From Muribaculaceae bacterium (GTDB taxonomy: Bacteria; Bacteroidota; Bacteroidia; Bacteroidales; Muribaculaceae), in the NCBI GenBank assembly GCA_029060725.1, contig JAIDTL010000156.1, forward strand, positions 3,657 to 67,656: a stretch of 64,000 bases of DNA, read 5' to 3'. A program made the position numbers and the translations under genes. Each line of letters starts with the position of its first letter. Position 1 is the first letter of the stretch. Below, in pieces: positions 28,347 to 37,797 of the stretch. The notes under the pieces are model-generated. The model was not told where the DNA came from. It saw only the letters and a program-made list of their open reading frames with translations, and did not search any database.

Positions 28347-31300
28347 TTAGAAGCTAAGTTCGAGACCGACGTTGAAACGTTTGAACGAAGGATATACGCC
28401 GTCGCCGGAGCTACCACGTTCGCAGTCATCCGGCATCTTGGTCCACATGAAGAGGTTGTTGCCGTTGACATAGAGACGGAGGTTCTTGATGCCGGCCTTA
28501 GCCATCCATCTGCCTTGGAAATTATAGGCGATCTCGACATTCTTGAGTCGCACGTAAGAACCGTCATACAGATATCTTGTTCCGTCTGCACATTCGTCAA
28601 TAGTACTTGCCCAACGGGGCTGTGGAATATAGGCATTATTGAACGGAGTCCAGTATTCGCCCTCATCGTATGCCACATGAGCTGTAGAGCGGAATGTCGG
28701 GTACTTCACGTAGCGCATCACATTGGATACTCCATAGAACTGAGCAAAGATACTCCATCCTTTCCACTCAAAGCCTATTGAAGCATTGTAAGTGTTTTGC
28801 GGTGTTGTAGAATATCCGTAAGGAGCCTTATCCTCGGTGTTGATCACACCGTCACCATTGAAGTCGATTATATCGTAATCTCCGGGAAGTTTGTTTTCAT
28901 TACCTGTGTTCCATACTGTACTTCCAAGGACATCATCCCAAGTAGCAAGGTTTCCATTATCAAGATAACTTGTCACCTGTCCCCATTCATGTCCTTCATA
29001 TTTCTGATAAGCCGGTTTAAGGGCTGGGTCGTCACGGAATTTAATGTTATTTGAAGCGTGAGTCATGCTGAGATTTGCCCATACACGCATATCTTTGCCA
29101 ATATTCTTGTTGAATCTGAGTTCAAGCTCGTAGCCTTTGCTATCCATGATACCGATGTTGGCTGTAGGAGCCTCAGCTCCGAAGTAAGAAGGAATTGATG
29201 TACGCTGGTTGCCTACAAGGATGATATCAGTACGGTGATCCTGGAAGAAATCAACTGAACCGGCAAACATACCGCCAAGGAACGAGTAATCGATACCGAT
29301 ATTCTTCTTAGTCACCTTTTCCCAAGAAATGTTCTCGTTGCCGATGCGCGAGATGGTATAGAAAGTATAAGGCGAGTTCTGAGGATTTATTGTACCCATC
29401 AGCGCATTACCGCCATAGCCGTACTGAGTCTGATAAAGGTGGCGTCCGCCTGCACTGTCATCACCTACCTTACCGATAGAGGCACGTATCTTGAATGTAG
29501 TGAGCGCATTGTTCTGGCGAGCCCATTCCATGAAAGGCTCGTTAGAGAGCATCCAACCCAACGACATTGAAGGGAAGAACTCGAAACGGTTCTTTGGACC
29601 ATATTTCTCTGAGCCGTTGTATGCGCCGTTGAACTCGGCAAAGTAACGGTAATCCCAGTTGTAAGTCAAACGGAACACCCAGTCCTCACGATATACAGGG
29701 AAATTGCTTCCCCAAGTGGTCTTTTCACGGCTGAAAAGAGCAAGAGCGCTGACCTCGTTCTTACCAAACGAACGATTGTAGTCAAACTGGAACGAATAAT
29801 AAAGTCTTCTGAAAGTCTGGTTTACGTCGACCGAACCTGCCTGATAGCCCCAAAGGATGGGGTTGACAGTTACATCAAGGCCTGTAGTCGGTTCGGCAGC
29901 CTTGAGCTGAACTGATCCATCATTGGGATCCACCCAATATAATTGACCTTCATGATACTGGTCGTTGATACCTCTATTGTTCTCAAGGAACTTGTAGTCA
30001 AGCGCCAACTTGGCACGGAAACTCAAGCCCTTAGTCACCATATCAAGTTTCTGGACGAGAGCCATGTCAGTGTTGATCTGGGTGTTAGTAGATGTCTTGT
30101 CGCCACCAAGGGCAAGGATCTTCACTGAGTTTGGCACGTCGGCATCGCGTGGTGCATACCAACCCCACATACCATTGGAATAAATAGGACGCATGGCATC
30201 AGGAGCTGATTTATACGCGGAACCCCAGTATGAATTTCCATCACCGTTATAGTCCCAAGGAGTCTTCTTTGTAGCATTTGAACCGAATAGATTCACCGTA
30301 AGCTGAGTGGTCTTGGTAAGGCTGAAGTCAAGGTTCGAACGCACGTTGATACGGTTGTAGCCGAAACCTGTGGAATATCCGCGTCCGTTGTCATACTGCT
30401 TGAAAAGGTCGCCTTCGTGAGTGAAGTCTGCAGCTGCGAAGTATTTCACGAGCTTAGTACCACCGGAAACCGATACGGAAGCATTGTAAGACATCGCGGT
30501 CTTCTTGAAAAGAGCGTCTTCCCAGTCAGTATTTGGATAGCGGTCCCACTCTTCCATGTTGGCAGGATGACGATATTTATCGATAATAGCTACCGGAGTG
30601 TAGTTACCCCAACCCTTAGGTTCGATTGCAGCTTCACGTTCGATAGAATTGTTCATCAGATAGAAAGTGTCGTATGCATCATACTTCTTAGGGAGTTTTG
30701 AAGCAACCTTCGCAGTCATATTAGCTTTTACGCTTACAACAGCATTACCTTCTGTACCACGCTTGGTAGTGATGAGGATCACACCGTTAGCACCCTTCAC
30801 ACCATATACAGCAGTAGCAGAAGCATCCTTTAGCACTGAGATGGTCTCAATGGAAGAAATATCGACCGATGACATATCGCGTTCGATACCATCTACGAGG
30901 ATAAGAGGGTCGCTGCCGTTCCACGTAGAAGCAGAACGGATGATGATCTGCGGGTCTTCTTCACCCGGCATACCGGAAGAGGCCATGGTGATCACACCGG
31001 GAAGGTTACCGGTTAGTGCGGCACCTACACTTGACACACCACCGGCGCGTTCGAGCACCTTACCGGAAGTCTGGGTGATTGCACCTACTACGGAAGCTTT
31101 CTTCTGTTGGCCATAACCAACCACCACAAGCTCGTCGAGTGTTGAATCTGCGGTTTTCATCTCAACGTTGACAGTAGTTCTGGAATTGACCTTGACTGTC
31201 AAAGTTTCCATACCGACGTAGGTAAACTTCAACTCGTTTCTCTTAATGTTAGGCACATCGATTTTATAATTGCCGTCAAGGTCTGTGACTGTGCCACCGG

Positions 31301-31457
31301 GCATGCCCACAACCATAACGGTGACGCCGATGAGTGGCTCACCGGTGTCGTCAATGACTGTACCCTTCACTGTGTCGGCCCTTGCCGCCAGTGCAGAAGT
31401 CATGATGAAGATCAGCAACAAAGCAATGCTGTGAAGCAATCTGTGTTCATTTTTCAT
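28347..31457 (-). CDS. susC: SusC/RagA TonB-dependent transporter
   Basis: N-terminal carboxypeptidase-regulatory-like domain, VVVGYG, LKDASATAVYGVKGANGVILITTKRG, terminal Phe. Confidence 0.95.
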   Translation of the reverse strand: MKNEHRLLHSIALLLIFIMTSALAARADTVKGTVIDDTGEPLIGVTVMVVGMPGGTVTDLDGNYKIDVPNIKRNELKFTYVGMETLTVKVNSRTTVNVEMKTADSTLDELVVVGYGQQKKASVVGAITQTSGKVLERAGGVSSVGAALTGNLPGVITMASSGMPGEEDPQIIIRSASTWNGSDPLILVDGIERDMSSVDISSIETISVLKDASATAVYGVKGANGVILITTKRGTEGNAVVSVKANMTAKVASKLPKKYDAYDTFYLMNNSIEREAAIEPKGWGNYTPVAIIDKYRHPANMEEWDRYPNTDWEDALFKKTAMSYNASVSVSGGTKLVKYFAAADFTHEGDLFKQYDNGRGYSTGFGYNRINVRSNLDFSLTKTTQLTVNLFGSNATKKTPWDYNGDGNSYWGSAYKSAPDAMRPIYSNGMWGWYAPRDADVPNSVKILALGGDKTSTNTQINTDMALVQKLDMVTKGLSFRAKLALDYKFLENNRGINDQYHEGQLYWVDPNDGSVQLKAAEPTTGLDVTVNPILWGYQAGSVDVNQTFRRLYYSFQFDYNRSFGKNEVSALALFSREKTTWGSNFPVYREDWVFRLTYNWDYRYFAEFNGAYNGSEKYGPKNRFEFFPSMSLGWMLSNEPFMEWARQNNALTTFKIRASIGKVGDDSAGGRHLYQTQYGYGGNALMGTINPQNSPYTFYTISRIGNENISWEKVTKKNIGIDYSFLGGMFAGSVDFFQDHRTDIILVGNQRTSIPSYFGAEAPTANIGIMDSKGYELELRFNKNIGKDMRVWANLSMTHASNNIKFRDDPALKPAYQKYEGHEWGQVTSYLDNGNLATWDDVLGSTVWNTGNENKLPGDYDIIDFNGDGVINTEDKAPYGYSTTPQNTYNASIGFEWKGWSIFAQFYGVSNVMRYVKYPTFRSTAHVAYDEGEYWTPFNNAYIPQPRWASTIDECADGTRYLYDGSYVRLKNVEIAYNFQGRWMAKAGIKNLRLYVNGNNLFMWTKMPDDCERGSSGDGVYPSFKRFNVGLELSF

Positions 31458-31548
31458 CGTTAGATTTTTTTAGTATTAATGGAAAGTTGTTAATTGTTTT
31501 TTCTTGAGTTAAATTTGGTCCTCGCTATTGGAGGGAATTAACCGAATG

Positions 31549-31556
31549 CAAAATTA
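31549..31556 (-). promoter_or_regulatory. -7 promoter element of the susCD operon
   Basis: TAATTTTG(CA) on minus strand, about 90 nt upstream of susC. Confidence 0.5.
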
Positions 31557-31670
31557 TTCAAGTTGGGTGCAACCATTTTTATAATATTTGTCAAATCATT
31601 TAAAATTGGTGCCACTTAAGACCTCGAAACATCTCCAATGTATTCAAATTTGTAACAGCATATATGATTA

Positions 31671-34600
31671 TCAATCTTTTATATCATCTTCTTCTTTAAT
31701 ATTCGCTTCAGATATTACGGCATCCGGATTCTCTTTCCCTTGCGTGCGATATTCAGTAGGAGTCATCCCGGTATAGCGTTTGAATAGGGTCGAGAAATGA
31801 GATTGCGCATTGAAACCCAATGAATAAGCCACTTGGGCGATATCCACATCCCCCTTAGCCAGCATTTCGCATGCCTTACGAAGCTTGACATTTCTAATAT
31901 AGTCGCTTGGTGCGACACCAACAATATCTTTCATCCTTCTGTGAAGTTGCGAACGGCTGAGACCGACATATTCACTGAGCGCATCTACATTCATGGCTGT
32001 TTCAGAAAGATTGTCGTTGATATACCGGTTGATTTTGTCCATAAGCTCCTCATCCACGCCCTTCACTTTCGGCGCCTCGATTTTGTCGACAGACTCATGC
32101 GAACCGGAGAATTTCCCTTTGAGTTTGCTTCTTGTAGAAAGAAGGCCGGAGATCATACCCTCGAGCTCATCGATGGCGAACGGTTTTGGCAAATAACCAT
32201 CCGCACCATTCTTCCATCCCCTTACACGCTCATCGCTGTTGGAGGCAGAGCTGAAAAGGATCACCGGGATATGTTGAGTCGCCATATTTGTCTTAAGTCG
32301 CCTCAAGAAGGAAATGCCATCAATGCCTCCCATCTTAATGTCAGAGACGATCAGATCAGGATGCCTTTCTGAAATATCTTTCAATGCAGTCTCGGCATCC
32401 GGCATCGTCACCACCTTATAAGATGTGCCCAAACACTCCTTAAGATAATCACGCAACTCCTGATCGTCGTCGACCACCATTATCCTGAACCTGTGTCCCG
32501 ACTTGACGCTCCTCGGGTAGCTGGCAGCGTGTGGCATAACTACCGGAAGTGGACGATGCTTTATTTCTTCTTTATCCTCTATCCCCTCAGAGTCAACCGG
32601 CATAAGAGGAAAGGTCACGGAAAAGATACTGCCCCGGATGCCGTCTTCACGGTTTTTAGCAGATATGTCTCCTTTGTGCAATTCTACGAGCCGCATACAT
32701 AGATCGAGCCCGATGCCGAAGCCGGAGGCATTGCCGTGGTGATACTCACGGTTGCGGTAGAAGCGTTCAAAGAGATGTGATATCATCTTATTATCAAGCC
32801 CTATGCCGGTGTCGGTCACAGTCACTGAATACTTTTTAGCGCCAAATGAATCTTCCGTTCTCTTCAATTCCACCATCACTTCTCCCCCATCGGGGGTATA
32901 TTTGATTGCATTGGAAATAAGATTTACAAGAATCTTATCGAGATTATTGCCATCTACTTTTCCGTAGAGCTCCTTCTCGTGGCATACAAAAGAAAGCGCC
33001 TGCTTCTTTTCCTCAGCCATGGGCTTGAACATGTCGACAAGTTGCTCTACGAATTCCTTGATATCCATATTGGAATACACAAGTCTCATCTTCCCCTTCT
33101 CTATCTTGCGGAGATCAAGAAGCTGATCTACGAGATTGAGCACCCTCTGTCCATTACGGCGCATCGTGAGAAGTTGGGAAGTCGTCTCAGGGGAATTGTT
33201 TTGCTTGAGAAGAGTCTCTACGGGCGTCAGCATCAAGGTGACCGGAGAGCGAAGCTCATGAGAAATGTCCATGAAATACTTGATCTTTGTCTCATACAGC
33301 TCTTCCTCCCTCTTATTCTTCACTACCTTATATATAAGGCCTCCCATGGCAACGATTAGCAAGACATAAGTGGCGTATGCCATATTCGACAAATACCATG
33401 GAGCTTTCACATCAAGATTCAGTTCCCTGATATCGGAGACCATATCATTTTCCCAGCCACGCAATCGGAGTTTGTGATGTCCGGATTCCAGTGGCGGAAG
33501 ATAGATCACACTCTCGCCCGGCGACGAAGAGTGCCAGGTATCACCTTCCCCGTCAAGTTGCCACTCATATCTGAGATCGGAAGGATCGCGAAAATCAAGG
33601 GTGGAAAGCCTGATCACAAGAGAATTGTCTTTATGAGATAGACGTATAAGCTCAGGATGGGTCACCGACCCCACCAGCATCGGTGATGACCCGGCACGAC
33701 TCGCACCGGTGATACGCTCGGCATTGACATAGAGTCCGGTAATATTGATTTTTGAGCCAAATGATGAAGAGCTTACAGAGTCAGGCTCAAACATAATAAG
33801 ACTTTCGAAATTTCCTAACAACACATCCGGCGAAGATACCCCCCGATCTGAAAAAACATACGAAGATCTTGCCACCCCATACTTGCCTCCGAAACTATGC
33901 ACCTTGCTGTCGGTGCCATTCAGGTAGGCGATCCCTTTCATTGTGCCTATCCATATTCCCCCTTTGCCATCAGACTCAAGAGTGCGAACATCATTGTCAG
34001 GGAGTCCGTCAAGAACTGTGAATTTTTTCATAATCCCCTTACCCGGAGTATAATATATGAGTCCTCTGTCGGTGGCTATCATCACACCTCCGGGGTAGTC
34101 ACAGACGTCATTGACCACCCCCTTGACAAATGGGTTTTGGTCGATAGGCATAAGGTTGTCTACATCAGGGTTATAGCACGCAATCCCGCTGTAGCCGCCT
34201 ACCCAAATCCTGCCATCGGATGTCTTTGAGATGCCCGAGTAATACCAACACGATAGAAGATTGCTTCCTACCACAGGATAAAACCATTTCTCATCGCGAG
34301 TGACAGGATTGTAACGAAGCACTCCCAACTCACCGAAAGCAGCCACAATGTCGCCATTGTCGCAAGAAGAGACCAACACTCCTGGATAGCGGGACTCGGG
34401 GCTTACGACTTTTGACAAAGCAAGCGTCTTGGCATTCACACTCCAAATACCCTCACGAGCCACCCCTACAAGCAGATTGCCATCTGAATATTTGGAAAGA
34501 GAGGTCACCGGCGCTCCATGCGACACCACCACCTTACGGATTGCATCATCGTCATTGATGAAAATTACTTTCCCATTATTGAGACCCACGGCTAACTCAT

Positions 34601-35699
34601 CATCTAATACGCACATTGAAGTCAATTCCGCCCCACCTTCTTCCCGAAGGATTCCGGCAAACGACTTCAAGAAGAAGGGACCGTCGTGCGCAGGAGCCAT
34701 CGCGAGTCCCTTGTTGTTGCAGCCAAACCAAAGGTTGCCAAAACGATCAAGAAATACACTTCCGATTTTTAAGGTAGAGAGATCTAAGTTTGACGACGTA
34801 AACCTGCCCGACCTTTCAATATTTGTCGCTCCTTTTTTCACTTCCCACAGTCCATCTCCGCCGGTGGCAATATATGCGACGTCGTCGGAACAACAAATTT
34901 CAGTCACCTTTATTCTCTCTTTTCCCACTATCTTAAGAGGAGTCAGAGATTTTGACTTTGAATCAAGGCGAAATACTTCATATTGAGTGGAAAGAATCAA
35001 AGTATCATCAGCCTGCCAACAAATTTTCGACACATTAGCATCAATCTTGGCAAGTACTTCTACGCTATAGTCCGGGTTGAGCCGGCATACCGAACCTCCT
35101 ACAGTAGTGAAGAACACTTCATTTTTTCCTGATTTGATCAGACGGCTCACTCCTGAGCCGTCGTCAAACGACAGTCTGACTCGATTCACCTTTATATCGG
35201 AATCTTTATCCTCAACCGAATTCATATCGACAGAATACAAACCAATTCCGGAGACAAGATACAACAATCTGCCATCCGGAAATTCTGCCATGTCGCGTAC
35301 AAATCCGTTGAGCGACATTCCTTGAAGTTTGGCGAGTCGAAAAGAATTGGAATTTTCATCATATAAGTTCAAGCCATCAAGAGTGCCTACCCATGTCCTC
35401 CCTTTTTTATCGGAATATAGGCTCATTATCTTGTTGTCACTTATAGAATTCGGATCATGTTCGTCGTTTCGATAGATATCTACATTATTGCCATCAAATC
35501 GCAACAATCCCGCGTCTGTACCAACCCAAAGGAAACCGTCCGGGTCGTTGCAAAACGACGAGTAATTGCCGGCAAGTATTTTCCTTTGGTCGTAGAGCCG
35601 CACTGCTACGTCATGCAGGGCGACGACATCAAATGCACCGAAAAAACAAATCGACAGCAACAAAATGCGACAGTAAATTTGAATGTTTGTAGCTTTCAT
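31671..35699 (-). CDS. hybrid two-component sensor/regulator (HTCS)
   Basis: propeller repeats, ISHELRSP H-box, NLISNAIKY, receiver VVDDD..SDIKM, AraC HTH at C-terminus. Confidence 0.95.
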   Translation of the reverse strand: MKATNIQIYCRILLLSICFFGAFDVVALHDVAVRLYDQRKILAGNYSSFCNDPDGFLWVGTDAGLLRFDGNNVDIYRNDEHDPNSISDNKIMSLYSDKKGRTWVGTLDGLNLYDENSNSFRLAKLQGMSLNGFVRDMAEFPDGRLLYLVSGIGLYSVDMNSVEDKDSDIKVNRVRLSFDDGSGVSRLIKSGKNEVFFTTVGGSVCRLNPDYSVEVLAKIDANVSKICWQADDTLILSTQYEVFRLDSKSKSLTPLKIVGKERIKVTEICCSDDVAYIATGGDGLWEVKKGATNIERSGRFTSSNLDLSTLKIGSVFLDRFGNLWFGCNNKGLAMAPAHDGPFFLKSFAGILREEGGAELTSMCVLDDELAVGLNNGKVIFINDDDAIRKVVVSHGAPVTSLSKYSDGNLLVGVAREGIWSVNAKTLALSKVVSPESRYPGVLVSSCDNGDIVAAFGELGVLRYNPVTRDEKWFYPVVGSNLLSCWYYSGISKTSDGRIWVGGYSGIACYNPDVDNLMPIDQNPFVKGVVNDVCDYPGGVMIATDRGLIYYTPGKGIMKKFTVLDGLPDNDVRTLESDGKGGIWIGTMKGIAYLNGTDSKVHSFGGKYGVARSSYVFSDRGVSSPDVLLGNFESLIMFEPDSVSSSSFGSKINITGLYVNAERITGASRAGSSPMLVGSVTHPELIRLSHKDNSLVIRLSTLDFRDPSDLRYEWQLDGEGDTWHSSSPGESVIYLPPLESGHHKLRLRGWENDMVSDIRELNLDVKAPWYLSNMAYATYVLLIVAMGGLIYKVVKNKREEELYETKIKYFMDISHELRSPVTLMLTPVETLLKQNNSPETTSQLLTMRRNGQRVLNLVDQLLDLRKIEKGKMRLVYSNMDIKEFVEQLVDMFKPMAEEKKQALSFVCHEKELYGKVDGNNLDKILVNLISNAIKYTPDGGEVMVELKRTEDSFGAKKYSVTVTDTGIGLDNKMISHLFERFYRNREYHHGNASGFGIGLDLCMRLVELHKGDISAKNREDGIRGSIFSVTFPLMPVDSEGIEDKEEIKHRPLPVVMPHAASYPRSVKSGHRFRIMVVDDDQELRDYLKECLGTSYKVVTMPDAETALKDISERHPDLIVSDIKMGGIDGISFLRRLKTNMATQHIPVILFSSASNSDERVRGWKNGADGYLPKPFAIDELEGMISGLLSTRSKLKGKFSGSHESVDKIEAPKVKGVDEELMDKINRYINDNLSETAMNVDALSEYVGLSRSQLHRRMKDIVGVAPSDYIRNVKLRKACEMLAKGDVDIAQVAYSLGFNAQSHFSTLFKRYTGMTPTEYRTQGKENPDAVISEANIKEEDDIKD

Positions 35700-35979
35700 G
35701 ATGGATGGGTTTTATGACTACAAAATTAGCTACAAAACCTATAGATAATTTACATATTCGTCGCAATCACTTAGAAGCATGAAAACCAAATTTAATATTA
35801 GTCGCATTGATTTTTTATTTAGTTGCATCTATAGAAAATACTAATTTGAATCAATAAGCAACAGATTTAAATACGCCGGAAACTTATTGTAAAGAATTTG
35901 AAAGGACGGTATATCCTATTATGGAGCTATATTATTAATTTTGCAGACGATTTTTCATTTTTATTCCCACTTAAACACC

Positions 35980-37689
35980 ATGAAGAGAATTTTTGCCTTA
36001 TTGCTTTTGGTTTTGCCATTGCTTGCCGGAGCAGGAGAGACATTTCGCAATCCTGTCATAAACGCTGATGTCCCCGATATTAGCGTATGCAAGGTAGCTG
36101 ACACTTATTATATGATAAGTACCACAATGCACCTCATGCCCGGAGGACCAATCATGAAATCGAAGGATATGGTCAATTGGGAGACCATCGGGTATGTATT
36201 CGACCGCATTGACGACGGCGACAGATATGACCTGTTAAACGGACAGACGGTATATGGCCAGGGGCAATGGGCTTCCAGCATACGATATCACATGGGGAAA
36301 TTCTACGTCTGGTTTTCTGCCAATGGTGCGCCGGGGAAAGGTTTTGTATTTTGTGCAGACAATCCCGAAGGTCCTTGGCAACTCTTAGCCAGACCTCCAC
36401 ACATGCATGATGCGTCACTCCTATTCGATGAGGATGGCAGACGCTATCTATTCACAAGCGGAGGTGGGTGCACCGTAGTGGAACTCGACAAAAATTTTAA
36501 TCCTCTGGCAGGAGGATTAAATAAAAAGGTTGTGGATGCATCAACTGATCCGGAAGAAAAAACTGCTCTTCTTGAAGGAAGCAGCGTAATTAAGCACAAC
36601 GGTAAATATTACATCTGCATGATTTCCATGAAATGGGGTGCACAAGGAAGAGTGCGCCGTGAGGTATGCTACCGTGCCAATAATATTGAAGGGCCTTACC
36701 AGAAGAAGATAATCCTCGAGACTCCATTCGAATCTTATGGAGGCGTAGGTCAAGGATGTCTTGTAGGCGATGACCAGAGCGACAAAGGATGGTGGGCTTT
36801 GATATTTCAAGACCGCGGAGGCATCGGACGTGTGCCTTGCGCCCTTCCGGTGACATGGGTGGAAGGATGGCCTATGGTAGGCGAGTATACAGGCGTAATC
36901 AATAATGCAATTGCAGATGATCCTGCAGACAACCCCTCAGGAAATCCATTGCTTGACAGGAGAAACTATCGCACTCCGTCAGACCTCAGCAAAAGGTACC
37001 CGGACGTAGCCGGACTTATCGGCAGCGATGAGTTTGAGCTATTGCCAATAAATGAAAACGGCGGGTATCATGCACGCAATGGCATGAACCTTTATTGGCA
37101 GTGGAACCATAACCCGATCGACGAGGCGTGGAGCCTTCAAGAGCGTCCCGGGCATCTTCGCTTGAAGACAGCACGTGTGGTAGACAATATGCAAGTGGCA
37201 CCAAATACGCTGACACAGCGCATGGCAGGGCCTACATGCTCCGGCTCTGTCAAGATTGACGTTACAAATATGAAGGATGGGGATATTTGTGGATTAGCAG
37301 CTTATAATGGAGATAGCGGTGTGCTACGCGTAGTCAAGAAAGGGGGTAAACACTACCTTCAGCTCGCGGAGGAGAAATCCGTATTCAAGCAGCCACGTAA
37401 TATTGAGAAGGTAGACGTCAATGTAATGGCAGAAATTCCTTTGAAATTCAAGAACAAGAAGGAGCAGAACATATTCTTGCAGATAAACGGAGATTTCAAT
37501 CCGGGACGCGACATGGCATCATTTGCATATAGCATGGATGGCGAAAATTGGACAGATTTTGATCAGGAGATTCCAATGAGGTTTGACTATATGCGCCATT
37601 TCATGGGCACAAAATTCGCCCTATTCAACTACGCCACAAAGCAGACCGGAGGCCACGTCGACATCGACTGGTTCCACTTCCAAAATTAA
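35980..37689 (+). CDS. GH43 beta-xylosidase/arabinofuranosidase with C-terminal beta-sandwich
   Basis: NPVINADVPD, GQWASS, HDASLLFD, LEGS, WQWNHNP. Confidence 0.9.
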   Translation: MKRIFALLLLVLPLLAGAGETFRNPVINADVPDISVCKVADTYYMISTTMHLMPGGPIMKSKDMVNWETIGYVFDRIDDGDRYDLLNGQTVYGQGQWASSIRYHMGKFYVWFSANGAPGKGFVFCADNPEGPWQLLARPPHMHDASLLFDEDGRRYLFTSGGGCTVVELDKNFNPLAGGLNKKVVDASTDPEEKTALLEGSSVIKHNGKYYICMISMKWGAQGRVRREVCYRANNIEGPYQKKIILETPFESYGGVGQGCLVGDDQSDKGWWALIFQDRGGIGRVPCALPVTWVEGWPMVGEYTGVINNAIADDPADNPSGNPLLDRRNYRTPSDLSKRYPDVAGLIGSDEFELLPINENGGYHARNGMNLYWQWNHNPIDEAWSLQERPGHLRLKTARVVDNMQVAPNTLTQRMAGPTCSGSVKIDVTNMKDGDICGLAAYNGDSGVLRVVKKGGKHYLQLAEEKSVFKQPRNIEKVDVNVMAEIPLKFKNKKEQNIFLQINGDFNPGRDMASFAYSMDGENWTDFDQEIPMRFDYMRHFMGTKFALFNYATKQTGGHVDIDWFHFQN

Positions 37690-37797
37690 TGCTTAATGCA
37701 TAATTCATAATGCATTATTCTATTCATAATGCATAATTCTGACGACAAAATTAAGCGTCAAGCAATTATGCATTATGAATTATGAATTATGAATTAT
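37687..37797. repeat. inverted heptamer microsatellite hairpin between convergent genes
   Basis: TAATGCA/TAATTCA units on the left, reverse complements on the right, core TGACG..CGTCA. Confidence 0.8.
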
